64,000 nt of DNA, taken from positions 155,062,001-155,126,000 of the forward strand of contig OZ024742.1 in assembly GCA_964016885.1 (NCBI GenBank), in the 5' to 3' direction. Each line of letters starts with the position of its first letter. Position 1 is the stretch's first letter. Shown piece after piece: positions 31,735 to 46,303 of this stretch. Position numbers and translations under genes: made by a program. Source of the DNA: Eledone cirrhosa (lineage: Eukaryota). A model generated the notes under the pieces. That model made no database searches. It saw only the letters and a list, made by a program, of their open reading frames with translations, and had not been told where the DNA came from.

Positions 31735-32761
31735 GAACACACATGCACTCATATGTATATATATATATACAGGTACACACATGCACTCATATATATATAT
31801 ATAACTCTGACACAAGCATAAATCTCTATTTCCGTATATATCTATACTATTCATTTCTAAGTTCAAAGCTATCTTGCAATAAAAAAACATGCAGGGCACA
31901 TACACCATCGCATCTACTAGTCGATGTAACAACTGTGGAAATTTACATAACAAATTATTTTGTTATTAGTAGTAATAGGAAATAAATAAAATGTCAATAT
32001 GAAATTGTGATGTATATCAGTGGATGTCATAATCTTAATTATGTTGACATACTCAAACAGGATATCTGATGCGAGAATAGTAGAAGTAAATGCACTTGAA
32101 ATCGTTATTCGTGCAAAATATCTTCCTCCGGATGCCGCAAAACAGGACGGAAAATGTGAATGTTTGAAGTGGAATTAAATCATGTAATTTTCCTTGTCCT
32201 TGAATGAACTTAAAAGGTCTCGAAACTCAAGTATCCCCTATGCCAAATGCTCCCAATAATGTTGCTACATAACTAAACACAGTCACAATCTCTACTCCAC
32301 TTCATAAATCTATTTATGGAACACACAAATGTATGGCTTCAAATAATATTTAACATTTCACGCAACACACGATGAAATACAATCTAATGTAAATTTGAAA
32401 GTCTTCCTGTGCAAGAGATTTATTGAAAACTGAAAACATTCTCATTAATATTGCAAAATGTAAAGCGAGAGATCACACATCACATTTATAAGACACAACC
32501 CCTCTCGCCATACCTGAAATATTATAAAGACACCAGGGCTGAATAACAGATTACATTCCAAGCTGATCCCATTGGGGAATATCACGAAGGCATTCATCTG
32601 CACCATTATGTTGCCTTTTAGCTGATGTTACACATTCCAAACAATGAAATCTTTATTTGTAAGCCGAAGTATTACCTGCATAGTATTTGATAATGAATTT
32701 GGAATAGCTATGCCTGCATGCCTCTATCTACATACACACATACACACGCACATACACATTT

Positions 32762-32862
32762 ACTTCTGCGTTCACAGATTGATTTGTTTAGTTTCAGAAG
32801 ATCCCGTTAAGGGAGAAAGCAGCGATACTTTGCTTAAATTTAATCTGTTATTTTAATAAATA
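32762..32862 (+). mobile_element. Family A pLTR arm
   Basis: TTCTGCGTTCACAGATTGA..GTTTCAGAAGATCCCGTTAAGGGAGAAAGCAGCGA..TAATCTGTTATTTTAATAAA, then (TA)n. Confidence 0.8.
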
Positions 32863-32863
32863 A

Positions 32864-32961
<98 letters not shown>

Positions 32962-32976
32962 ATAAGTGTGTATATA

Positions 32977-33018
<42 letters not shown>

Positions 33019-33334
33019 GTATATATGTGTATGCATGTGGATGTCGATGTAGGGAAGCAATTAGTATAAATAAGTATGCACGAAAGAATGATGGGAACGG
33101 AGGCTATGTATATCGCTCTATCTAAATGCACGTAGAGTCAGGAATCGTGCATGACCTAAGAAAATCAAGTTATTTCACCTGTCTATGTCCCTACCTGCCT
33201 CGTACACATTATCTGTACTGACAAAGAATACATACATCTAGGTTATATGACAGTAACACATTTATATCTACACACATAAACCATTTAAACAGACTTTCAT
33301 GATTACTGAGTGGTGTAATCTAAACAATGCATAT

Positions 33335-33475
33335 AATTGTTTCTACTTGAGGCACAGGGCCAGCAATTACCAAGTGCATTACTGGTACTTTATTTTATCG
33401 ACCTCGTAAGGATGAAAGGCAAAGTCAACCTCGGCGGGATTTGAACTCAGATCGTAAAGGGACGTAACTATGCTA
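33335..33475 (-). mobile_element. tRNA-derived SINE (main family), 5'-truncated
   Basis: Reverse-complement match to the main family. Confidence 0.85.
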
Positions 33476-33836
33476 AACAATGCACATAATGATACAAAAT
33501 AGATGTACAAGTACGTAGGATTACACATATAAAAACACATATATATATATTCATACAAACATAATTACGTACGTAAAATGTCATACATACTCATATTAAA
33601 ATATTCTTGCATAATTTTATACATATGTACATACTTACATACATGAATGCATACACAGAATAATTCATATTTGCATACATAGGTACAAAAATACATACGT
33701 TCATACATACATACATTCATTTATATATACATACAAAGATTCAATCATATTTGCTTAAATACGTATAGACATACATTGATACATACATTCATTCATACCC
33801 ATATACATACAAACATATATGCAATCATACACACAC

Positions 33837-33873
<37 letters not shown>

Positions 33874-34520
33874 TACATACATACATACAATATATACATA
33901 CATTCCTTCATACATACAATACATACGTACATACATACATAGGTAGATTTCTTCATAAATACATACAGTCGGATATAGTTGTAGGTATGAATATATAACT
34001 ACATACATACCTACATCTTACACACTTACACCACGATATGTCAGGACTGACAAGAAAATAGCCTGCAGCAGACATTCAGACAGAAATAAATCATGAAAGA
34101 ATGTTATGTATATGGTGGTTGTAGGAAGGATTTCCTTATTGGTGGCGTATTGTTTTTGAAGTTATTTGTTGTGTGTGCAACTGATGTTAGTGTAGTTGCT
34201 TTTAACGGCGTTGAGTGGAGTTTGCAGCTATGTTTTTATTCGTTTTGTTTCTGATAATTATGCCGGTGATAGTGATTGTGATGCTGATGTATGTAATGAA
34301 TATATCGATTACGATAGAAATGTTGGAAGTTCCGTCGCTGGGTGGAGATTTTAGGCACCTTTTAGGCTCCATGGTAATTATGATGATGGTGTTGATGATA
34401 ATGTTGATGTTAATGATGAAGGGGAAGATGTTCATGATGAAATGTGTTTAGTGTTAGGATTAATACACTCTTTCTGAGGCTGATGAAGTTAAGCTCATGT
34501 ATATGATACACACACACACA

Positions 34521-34682
<162 letters not shown>

Positions 34683-34696
34683 AGAGAGAGATAAAT

Positions 34697-35144
34697 CTAC
34701 CAAAATATACGGTAGTGTCCAATCCGTATGAAGAGCTCAATGTAATCCAACATATCATGAAAAGAGAAGATGTATTCAAAAAAATGTTTCGATGAAATTC
34801 ACAGGAAAACAGAGTCAAGATAAATTAATAAAACAATGAATAAAAACAAAGAAACAGTTCCTTATATTAAAACATTCATCATTTTACGATCGTTTCTAGG
34901 ATATATGTGTTAGGATTAATACACTCTTTCTGATGCTGATGAAATAAAGCTCATATAAATTATTTCTGAAGACAGCATATATATGTGTAGGTATGTGTTT
35001 CTCCTCTGATAGTTTGTAACATTTTCACTTAGATCTATATGATATACATACCAACACACACACATATATCCTAGAAACAACCGTAAAATGATGAAGTTTT
35101 TAATATAAGGAACTGTTTCTTTGTTTTTATTCATTGTTTTATTA

Positions 35145-35150
<6 letters not shown>
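34697..35150. mobile_element. Asymmetric palindromic insert (family G)
   Basis: 34820-34910 is the reverse complement of 35060-35150. GAAACGATCGTA on -. Related pieces at 19180-19265 and 34450-34500. Confidence 0.7.
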
Positions 35151-35179
<29 letters not shown>

Positions 35180-35184
<5 letters not shown>

Positions 35185-36554
35185 TAAAATAACAGATTAA
35201 AGTTTAAGCAAAAATCGCTGCTTTCACCCTTAACGGGATCTTCTGAAACTAACACAGTCAATCTGTAAACGCAGAAGTGGATATTTCAAAAAACGTTGCA
35301 ACCGGAGGAAGACAGGAAGACGATACTTTGGTTCGTAGAAACCTTCCCTTCACAAAACATACGGGTAATATATACTTACCTATGCAAATAAGTAATGGTA
35401 TAAACATAACATATACTTAGCTACCACATCAAGACGTAAAATATCCACGTATAGATCGTACTATCCGTTAGGGTATAATGTGATGCTGTAATCCAGGAAA
35501 GTTTTCTGCAGTTTATGTTTACAAGCCGAAATTGCCTCAAATTCTTTGTTTAAGATGTGGTCTGTGGCGTAGAGTATTTCCAGGGCCTCAGCGGCGCAGA
35601 GGTCCCATGGTCATTTATTTCCATTATACGATATAGCCCTAGCTAGGATCTCCCAGTGTAATTTATATTGGGTGTGGTTGTCTTTTAGACAACAGATATA
35701 AGCTGAAAGTGACGTCATATTCCTTCTTAGATGGTAACGAAAAGAATGGGTATGCATGTAAATACGCTGCTTGAATCTATTGGCGAATAACCCTATGTAG
35801 GCCCTACGGGACGTGGGTGTTCCAACCTTACATTTGTAAACAATGTTACTAGAGAGGTATTTCCCGGATAGGGGGCAATGAACCCGATTCCTACAATTAC
35901 AGTTAGTACTAACTACAAGGTTGCACGTGTTCCTACGGCTAGGTAGTTTAGCTAAATTTGAAGCTGTGATGTTATGCGCAATGTTAGGAGTCGTAGAGTA
36001 AGACATTTTAATAGTATTTCTATTAACAATTTTACTATATTTATGTGTAGGGGGAACATGCTTCGTAATAAGGGATAGAAAGATCTTAGCTAATTGTGTG
36101 GCCACCTCCATATTATATGGTAGGTTATACCATATAATGCGACGTGATCTATTTCTTCTAGGTCTATTCTCGTACTCTGTATATGCTACCTTATCGACAA
36201 ATCCACTGCGAGCAAGAGCTTCATTGTAATAAGTGGAATAGTCGTTGAAAATATGCTCGTTAGTAGATAGACGGGAAAGCCTCAACGAAACGTTTCTTAC
36301 CAGGTTCTTGGTTATGCTGTCAGGGTGGTTGGAATGCTTACTTATGTAATTAAGCGTATCATTCGGCTTTCTATACGGGTAATGCAAGACATTCGAAAAA
36401 CTGAGGGTAACGTCGAGGTAATTAACGACCGAGAGGTTCGCCTCAACCTGTATAGAGAGGTTGAAGCCTTTAAAGAAGGTTGTGCGTTCTTTTCTGAACC
36501 TGTTGCAAGCACCAGGGCCGCACTTAGTCATGGTCAAAAGACCATCACAAGGGT

Positions 36555-36555
<1 letters not shown>
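35180..36555 (-). mobile_element. 5'-truncated Penelope-like element (RT thumb plus GIY-YIG endonuclease) ending in family A pLTR
   Basis: ORF 35611..36564: VNYLDVTL, HYPYRKPNDTLNYISKHSNHP, IIWYNLPYN, CNCRNRVHCPLSGK, NIVYKC..RAYIG..NRFKQR..H. The 3' end 35180-35340 is the family A hammerhead arm. (TA)n on both sides. Confidence 0.92.
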
Positions 36556-36643
<88 letters not shown>

Positions 36644-36647
36644 CGTA

Positions 36648-36689
<42 letters not shown>

Positions 36690-36725
36690 TGTGTGTGTCT
36701 TAGTGTGTGTGTTTATGTATACACT

Positions 36726-36784
<59 letters not shown>

Positions 36785-36786
<2 letters not shown>

Positions 36787-36920
36787 CGAAGGAAATGTGG
36801 TAAGGAACCAGGTGGACCATAACGCACCAAAGTACTCAATACTTAGGGTAGTAGAGTGGGTAATAGGAACAAGTAAGACCCCGACGGCTGAGCTCAAGCC
36901 GTTTCGACGGCTAATTCTGT
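36785..36920. mobile_element. Family D arm
   Basis: Near-identical to 26138-26272. Confidence 0.85.
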
Positions 36921-37328
36921 ACACAAAAAAATATATGTGCATATATATATGTATATATGTATATATATAGTGAATATATGTATGTGTATATATATATAGT
37001 GAATATCATTCCACACCTTTTATTGTTAAGATTTTTGATGTTCTATTAAGAGAACCGATTTTACTGAAAACATCGAATAATGTACACCATTTTACCAGGG
37101 GGAAAAAAATACTGGTCCACCCACACACAGACACACACACATATATACACACACACATACACACGCGTACATCAACATACAAAGAGACTTATATATACAC
37201 ACACACACACACACGCACTTCTCCGTATAAGACAAAAGCTGAAAAATATATTTTGACATGCTAAAATACCCCCCATTGCTTTCAGACACAATCTTACTGA
37301 CCATCCCAGCCACCACGAATTACTCTGC

Positions 37329-37369
<41 letters not shown>

Positions 37370-37441
37370 ACACACTTAATAGCCATTTGACACACAACGC
37401 TGCTAACCATTATCACAACATCGAACACCTTACTACTACTA

Positions 37442-37523
<82 letters not shown>

Positions 37524-37548
37524 TTGTTGTGAAAGAGTCATTTCTCAA

Positions 37549-37766
37549 TCTTGGCGCAAAACCAATTGTTTATACACATGACCTCTACCGACCAATCAAA
37601 ATTGTTTTGACCACAATCATTTTTGCTGGAGCCACATTTTAAACATAAAAACAGTCTTGGCGCAAAATCAATTTTTTACATTCACATGACCTCTACCGAC
37701 CAATCAAAATTGTTTTGACCACAAGAATTTTTGCAAATTGGAGCCACTTTTTTAACATAAAAACAG
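37549..37766. repeat. Tandem duplication of about 106-bp unit (2 copies)
   Basis: TCTTGGCGCAAA..CACATGACCTCTACCGACCAATCAAAATTGTTTTGACCACAA..GGAGCCAC..AACATAAAAACAG occurs twice. Confidence 0.9.
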
Positions 37767-37982
37767 GTAGAATTCCCAAAAGTAATCAGATCAGAGCAAA
37801 CAGCACGGACACTCTATCTCAAAATTATTTTTGAAAAGCATTTAGAAATGCGCAACCGGTAAAAACTTAAAAACTTAAAACCACAACTGAATACTAACCC
37901 ATACAATCACTAATACTCTTTTATTCCTAATTAAACCATTTTTCAACTGTGAACAATTTGTCAGCATTTTCTATTCCGTTTA

Positions 37983-38025
<43 letters not shown>

Positions 38026-38029
<4 letters not shown>

Positions 38030-38932
38030 GAGACGTATAGAGATTGTTTTAGCAAGAAGCTAACGGCATTCTATAACATATATGCGACTATAACGTCAAG
38101 ATGGGAAAAGTAGTTAACGAAAGATTTAGGAAAAATAATTCAAACTCATCTCAAAAGAGAATCAGGATACAAATTCATCCACAGAATTTAGTAAAATCCA
38201 TGGAAAAATCTATAGACCTTTAACTCATGATAAAACAAAGTTTGAAACACTTATCCTTCAATTTGGAATAACATCAAATGCTCTGTATAGTCTTAAAATA
38301 CTATTTCATGAAAACTTTCAGTGGAGATGGTCACGGTTGGAATATCATTCATCAGCAGAGCTCAACAGAAAACCAGGGCTCTCACAGTAATATAGTCCGA
38401 AAAAGGGAATTCTAAAACTGGCTAGTTCGCCTTCATGTGTATTTATGAAAAAGCACATGAGGAAAAAACGGGGCTAGTGACGTCAGGATGGAAGTGAATG
38501 TTTATTTACAAGAAATAGCAGTCAAATACATTCTGAAAAAAACTCTACAAGGAGTTCAGCAAAATAGCAATAATTATCACAGTTTTTATGAAAAAAACCG
38601 GGATTAGTCACAGATAGTTTAAGCACTCTAGGAAAAGAATCCGAGTATAAATATAAATGAGACGTATAGAGATTGTTTTAGCAAGAAGCTAACGGCATTC
38701 TATAACATATATGCGACTATAACGTCAAGATGGGAAAAGTAGTTAACGAAAGATTTAGGAAAAATAACTCAAACTCATCTCAAAAGAGAATCAGGATACA
38801 AATTCATCCACAGAATTTAGTAAAATCCATGGAAAAATCTATAGACCTTTAACTCATGATAAAACAAAGTTTGAAACACTTATCCTTCAATTTGGAATAA
38901 CATCAAATGCTCTGTATAGTCTTAAAAGACTA
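38026..38932 (-). mobile_element. Retrozyme-like partial tandem (629-nt period) in (TA)n
   Basis: 38026-38303 is repeated at 38655-38932 with about 2 differences. No long ORF. Hammerhead at the repeat boundary. Confidence 0.75.
38280..38361 (-). ncRNA. Type I hammerhead ribozyme, canonical core
   Basis: Minus strand: GCTCTG-CTGATGA-ATGA...TCAT-GAAA-TAGT attttaag ACTA-TA^CAGAGC. Stem I 6 bp, stem II 4 bp, stem III at least 4 bp. Predicted cleavage between 38286 and 38285. Confidence 0.8.
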
Positions 38933-38952
38933 TATATATATATATATATATA

Positions 38953-39120
38953 AAGTTAAATATAGAAATGGATTCTACAGGACTAGAACTGTTTCATTCA
39001 AAACAAATCTTACTTTCCTGATGATTTATTTAAGAATGGAACATTTCTAGTATTGTAGGCGCCATTTCTATATTAAACGTGATGTTTTACACGCCATGGT
39101 ATCCGGGACTCACACATGTA
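38953..39120. mobile_element. Small palindromic insert with hammerhead motif (family M)
   Basis: ATATAGAAATGG..CTACA..ACTAGAA is mirrored by TTCTAGT..TGTAG..CCATTTCTATAT. CTGATGA at 39018. The left arm on - gives GAAACAGTTC. Confidence 0.6.
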
Positions 39121-39481
39121 AATCTACACACAATAACACAGTATCATATTTACATAAATATATGTTTTAAATCATATATGTTTGCTGGTGATATTAAGAG
39201 TGTTGATGTTCTGGGCGGCGATGCTGTTGTATAACCCCAAATAAGGAATAAAACAATAACCACATGATTATTATACCTGCCGTTAGAAATCCGAAATGTA
39301 AAAAAAACAACATATTAACCAATATATCAATACTTTACTGTATGTGGGATTTGAAGCAAATGAGTTTGTTACTGCTAACTTACTCAACATACAGTTTGAG
39401 AATTCATCGTTATCTATGCTACAAAAGAGTCAAATATATTGAATATACAAAATACAGGATCATTGATTATTCACGCACACA

Positions 39482-39574
<93 letters not shown>

Positions 39575-39630
39575 ACACGCACAGACACACATACAGAGAC
39601 CCACGTGCGCGCGAACACTCTGACACACGC

Positions 39631-39672
<42 letters not shown>

Positions 39673-39758
39673 ATGTGTGTGTGTAGACTCAAGCGTTGTG
39701 CCTGTGGCAACCATAGATAAGGGAGGTACATTGTTAGGGTCTAGTCGTCTTTATTTTA

Positions 39759-39790
39759 TACTAGCATTAAAGCCCGGCGTTGCTCGGGGT
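39759..39790 (-). mobile_element. Helitron-type 3' terminus
   Basis: Minus strand: CCCGAGCAACGCCGGG hairpin, 8 nt, then CTAG|T. Confidence 0.6.
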
Positions 39791-40767
39791 CAGTAAGTTA
39801 CCAAAGTTAAGTTGCACCACCCATTTTATGGCAGCACTTTTTTGTCTGCCAGGCACTGGGTGAATGAATTGCAGACCTGGACTGCTGAAGCAGGAGCTGC
39901 GCCAGCAGTGACAATTGTAGTTTCACCTATGGATATTATATCTGTGCAAAGAAGTGTTGAAATGTATTGTTTCACAGTATTTGCGAAACACGCGCGTAGA
40001 CGATGCCACCCGAACAACAGAGCTGCGATGGAGTTGTTCTGCATGGTTGTCTAATTTGTGTTTTCTAAACTTAAGACAGTAGGAAGGGTTGTCATATGCG
40101 GGATAGTTAGCTGATGTTTCTAGCCGGTTTAGTGACCTCATAGATGATATTATTGTGTATAGTAAATGACTGATACTTCTTTCATCCACGTTCGTTGATA
40201 GATATTTTAAAAAAGATTTATCGCTATTTTTGTTGTTGTTGAATAAATGTATCTGTTGCTTTTGAATAATTGTTGTTTCGTATGAAATGTAATAAATTCT
40301 CTTTGTCATTGAAGTAAATAAATGTTTGACCGTTCCACACTCAAAAACAAACCTTCTCTCTCTCTCTCTCCCTCAAACTATCTCTCCCTCTCACTCTCTC
40401 TCTCTCTACCTATCTCTCTCTCTCTTAAAGTTTGTAAGTTTAATCATCATCATCACAATCATCATCATTATCAATAAAAGGCAGATTGTTGTTGTTGTTG
40501 TGTGTGTGTGTGCATATTCCATGTTTATATTCGATAAAACTACATACATGCTGCAACTTTCTCTGATGAAGGGGAGTAGAGAAAGGATATATGATTGTAT
40601 TACAGGGGTAAAGTGTCATGTATTTAGTTTTATCGATTATTTCCGTAATTGTGGGGTACTTTGAATGAAATAAAAAGTCGGTGACATAAGAGAGACCATT
40701 TACAACATTATTACAGACGTTGATTCGAATCGGTTTGAAATTGTGCAAATGTATAAACACGGAACAT

Positions 40768-40799
<32 letters not shown>

Positions 40800-40823
40800 C
40801 AATAACAATTTGCCTTTTATAGA

Positions 40824-41013
40824 TAATTGTTTCTACTTTAGGCACAAGGCCAGAAATTACCCAGTGCATTACTGTACTTTATTTTATCGACCCCGTAAGG
40901 ATGAAAGGCAAATTCAACCTCGGCGGGATTTGAACTCAGATCGTAAAGGGACGTAACTATACTGGAAAGCATGGCGTCCGACCCTCTACCGATTCTGCCA
41001 ATCCACCGCCCTT
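40824..41013 (-). mobile_element. tRNA-derived SINE (main family)
   Basis: Full-length reverse-complement match. Confidence 0.9.
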
Positions 41014-41077
41014 ATAGATAATGATCCACACACACACACACACGAACACACGGACACACACACACACACACATACAC

Positions 41078-41369
<292 letters not shown>

Positions 41370-41370
41370 G

Positions 41371-41533
<163 letters not shown>

Positions 41534-41538
41534 TTAAT

Positions 41539-41700
41539 AGGCGGCGAATTTTCAGAGTCGTTAGAATGTCGGATAGGTTGTTTTATTGCATTCGTTCCGA
41601 CTCTCTGCTCTCTGAGTTCCAACCATCTGGAGGTCGATATAAAAAAGTACCAGCTAGAACTAGGGTGGATTCCTCCTCTATATCTATTTATCAGTCCCCC
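41539..41700 (+). mobile_element. Diverged SINE related to the main family
   Basis: GGCGGCGAATT..GTTAGA..TCTGAGTTCC..GGTCGATATAAAAAAGTACCAG. Confidence 0.6.
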
Positions 41701-42133
41701 CCCCCCTTCTCTCGCACCTTCTACCGTTCTCACGAAGAAATCTGCTGTACACAGGCCTGGAGAAGAATTGGATCCGCGTGGCTTAAAATGCCCAAGAAAC
41801 GCCGTATGCCAATAGGGCCCTACAACTCTATCATGTATTACGGGACCATACATATATACTTACATACACATGTTCATACATACATACATACATACATAAT
41901 ACATACATATGGCATTAGCATTAAGTCCCTACTTTTATCTTCTGAGTTCAGTATCACGTGGTTATTAAAGACAGTACTGAAGAAACCAGACCAAATGTCT
42001 GTTGATTATGCATTTCCCAAGTTGAACACACTATTGGTAGACTAAATTTTATATGACGCTACTGCTGCTGCTGCTCCTGCTACTACTACTATATACTACT
42101 ACTACTACTACTACTACTACTGATGCTGCCTAT

Positions 42134-42197
<64 letters not shown>

Positions 42198-42267
42198 GCT
42201 ACTACTACAACTCATAATAATAATAATAATAATAATAATGACAAAAATAATAACAATTATAATAATA

Positions 42268-42452
42268 ATTGATTCTACTTTTGGCACAAGGCCAGCAATT
42301 ACTCAGTACATTACTGGTACTTTATTTTATCAACCTCGTAAGGATGAAAGGCGAAGTTAACCTCGGCGGGATTTGAACTCAGATCGTAAAGGGACGTAAC
42401 TATGCTGGAAAGCATGTCCAACCCTCTTCCGATACTGCCAATTCACCGCCCT
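42268..42452 (-). mobile_element. tRNA-derived SINE (main family)
   Basis: Reverse-complement match, embedded in (TAA)n. Confidence 0.9.
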
Positions 42453-42551
42453 ATATTATACAATTATAATAATAATGGTTTCATTCATTGGCCACAAGGG
42501 CCGATATGTGGCCAATAAATGATATCATTATGATTATGATTGTTATTATCT

Positions 42552-43000
42552 GTCTGGTGGCCATGGCGAAAAAGATAGTATGCTGGACGCGTTTGAAAGG
42601 GCTGAAGACGATCACTTACCTCTTCTGTGATGCCCTGATTAACTTTTTCAAATTTCATTTGAAAAGGAAAATTTGGGTAGAGAGGGAAGTGCTCTGTTCC
42701 CAGCATTTTGTGGAAAGATGGGTGAGAGAGGCAAGAATGGCCCGAGTATGTGATTGTAAATTGAAGGTGGAAAACTGGGAGAGGGCACTTGCCCTGGTGG
42801 TCAGGGTCACTGTTGCCTTTTTAATGGGCTTTCTCCACGATGGCCCTCGGTAGTCTCCCCCCTATATGGGAATTTTTGATGTTTATTTTTTTTGTTACAC
42901 GCTGTTTTCGATATTTTTACACGCAGAAATGCCCACTGTATCGTCCTATATTGTCCTGTATTGTCCTTAATGTCTTACGGTGTGGTTAATAAAGAAAGCA
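42552..43000 (+). mobile_element. L1/Tx1-type LINE 3' fragment
   Basis: ORF contains AKKIVCWTR...FFKFHLKRKIWVERE...FVERW, resembling the Tx1/L1 ORF2 C-terminus. 3' UTR ends AATAAAGAAAGC followed by (ATT)n. Confidence 0.55.
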
Positions 43001-43052
43001 TTATTATTATAATTGTTATTATTTTTAGTCATTATTATTATTATTATTTTTA

Positions 43053-45285
43053 TTGCTCTTTGAGTCTCAGTCATTGATGTTATTTAACTGGATAGTTTGT
43101 TAAAATGAATATCAAGCCACTACCTGCAGCCTCAAATATTCAGAACGTATCGGAGGGTTGTTGCTGTTTCCAGCAAGCATGCCTTTTGAAGTGTTCCAAA
43201 AAGCGGGACCAATTTTCTTTAACCATACTTGGAAACTCTTTGAGATAGTATCTGGTGCGCCTATGACAATCGGGACGATTTTGACCTCATGGCAGTTCCA
43301 AATCCTTTTTACCTCCCACTTTAAGTCCTGGTATCGGTTAATTTTCTACCTCTCATTCTCCTGCACTCTCGTGTCGAATGGGCAGGCTACATCCACAATC
43401 AGGCACGATATTTTTTTTCTTTGTCCAAAACCACCAGGTCAGGTCTATTATGTTTCAGTTTCTTCTCCGTCTGTATCCTAAAATCCCACAGCACCTTCAC
43501 CTGATCGTTTTCTATCAGCGACTCTGGCTTATGCTCATACCAGTTCTCATAATGTGGTAAATTGTTTACTTTGCCTAGGTGTCAGTGGATCACCCTGCCC
43601 ATCACAACATGTCTCCAGCCTTTATAGTGAGTCTGGCTAGGTGTTTCCACTCGGATACAATGTGAGCCACAGTCTCCTCTCTCTCTCCACAGATCCTACA
43701 TAGTGGGCTAGCATCCTCCTTGTAAATATGGTGTTTCAGCCACTTCGTTTTGAGGGCCTGCTCTTGCGCAGCCATTATCATTCCTTTTGTAGCCTTTTTA
43801 AGGTCTCCTCTTTTCAACCAGTTCCATGTCTGTGGATCTCTAAATTCAGTTTTCTCAAAGAAGGTACTATGAAGGGATTTTTCATGAAGGTTGCTCTTTC
43901 TCTTGTTGTTATTTCCTCATTGGACATCCCCTGGTCTATTGTCCTCTCCTTCAGTACAATTGTGATCATTGGCTCCCTACTATCAGTCGCGTAGTTGTGT
44001 AGGCTGTTTTTCTCCATCTGAACACAGTCTTCTATGCTGATAAGACCTCTTCCACCTTCAGATCTCCTTAAGTAGATTCTATCGACATCACTCCTCTTGT
44101 GGAACATGTTGTAGATAGTCAATAGCTTCATAGTCTTCCTATCCATTCCTTTTTGTTCAGCAACATTTCATCTCAGAATTCCCGCACTGTACCTAATAAT
44201 AGACACAGCTCGGGAATTTACTGCACTTATGGCATTCCTACTGTTCAGATGTGACTTTAATACGCTCCTTACTCTCCGAATGTATTCCGATCTTATCAAT
44301 TCCTTCATGTGTTGTTCTTGATGTCATCAGCCCCAAGAACACCTACATATTTGTATCCTTCTTCAGCATCAATTTCCTTTATCATCTCACCTGTTGGTAC
44401 CTGGATTCCGTTGCTCCTGCTCAATTTACCCCTCTTCATCACAAGGACTCCACACTTACTAATACCAAATTGCATATATATATATCATTGCTGAAAATAC
44501 GGACATTGTCAACAAGCACATTCAACTCCTTCTCACTCTTCCCGAAGTGCTTAAGATAGTCCATGAAGAGGAGGTGATTGATGGTAAGCTCTCCCTTTCC
44601 CAACTTGTTTCCTACTCTCTCTTTTCGCAGTATAATGGTCAGGGGGATCAAGGCAAGGACAAAGAACAGAGGAGACAAACTATCTCCCTGGAATATACCT
44701 CTCTTGATCTTCACGCCTCCCAAGGATTCTCCGCCCGATGTTACCTCTGTTTTCCAGGACTTCATACTTTTGCTCAACAAATGTCAGATGTTATCTGCCA
44801 CCCTGAAGATCTCTAGACTTTTGGTTATCCAAGAATGAGGTACCATGTCGAATGCCTTTTTGTAGTCTATCCATCCCATGGCAAGACCAGTGTGTCTCCT
44901 CCTGCAATTCCTCATTACCATCTTATCAATAGGTAACTGGTCCTTTGTACCACGGGACTTCTTTCGGCATCCTTTCTATTCGTCCGGTAACAAGTTGTGT
45001 GTGTGGAGGTGATGGTAGATTTCCTCAGACACAATGCTTGCTAACAGTTTCCACATTACGGACAGGCATGTAATAGGTCTATAGCTGGTAACATCATTAC
45101 CCTTGATTCGGTCTTTCATTACCAGAACTGTGGTACCTTTTGTCAACCACTCTGGTGCTTCACCTGACATCAAGCAGTCATTGAACATGGTTGTCAGTTT
45201 CGGGTGGAGGGATGTTATAGTTTTAATCCCATACCCCTGCACACCATCTGGGCCTGGTGATTTCCAGTGGGTTAGTTTTATTTCT
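43053..45285 (-). mobile_element. 5'-truncated, frameshifted R4/Dong-clade non-LTR retrotransposon (RT, CCHC, restriction-like endonuclease)
   Basis: Motifs: [100 protein letters not shown]. (TTA)n at both ends. Confidence 0.92.
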
Positions 45286-45297
45286 AGATGGTTAGTT

Positions 45298-45330
<33 letters not shown>

Positions 45331-45390
45331 GTAGTAGTAGTAGTATTAGTAGTAGTATTAGTAGTAGTATTAGTAGTAGTAGTAGTAGTT

Positions 45391-45429
<39 letters not shown>

Positions 45430-45437
45430 AGATGTTG

Positions 45438-45537
<100 letters not shown>

Positions 45538-45857
45538 TAACAATTATAATAATAATAATAACAATTATAATAATAATAACGTTATTATTAATGCGTTTTG
45601 GGCATAGGTTTTCATGGCGTTGCCGATTACATTGAGTTTAATCACCGCCATAATAAACATCGTTGCTATGAACACGGACATGTTTTATTGTTGTCTTGGG
45701 ACCCATCAAGGAACCATGACATAATTTATCAATATAGAATCACCCTGTACATTATAACAGGAAACATTTAATTGGTTTACACTGAAAATTTTGAATGATA
45801 AATGTCCAACTCTATGGTGTACTTGCTCACGCATACACTCACATGCAGATGTATATG

Positions 45858-45933
<76 letters not shown>

Positions 45934-45951
45934 TTTATGAATATATAAAAA

Positions 45952-46003
<52 letters not shown>

Positions 46004-46009
46004 TTATGA

Positions 46010-46089
<80 letters not shown>

Positions 46090-46303
46090 AATTATGAATA
46101 TATATATTTCATTAGGTTTGTTGGTTCACCACTGGATACAATTGGTCATTCCGTATGGTCAATATTGGTGTAATATTGTGGAGAGTACTCAACGTAGTGC
46201 AGTTCACCCGTCTTCGTTTGTGTAGTTGGTGGTGCCAATACGGGGTTAATTATGAATAAATATAACAGGAGGCTGAACTGGTGTAAATCCCTGAAAGGTT
46301 TAT

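Noticed and set aside
37549-37766. Repeat pair considered as CRISPR-like or a regulatory array
   Set aside because: Two adjacent units of about 106 bp, no spacers, eukaryotic context.
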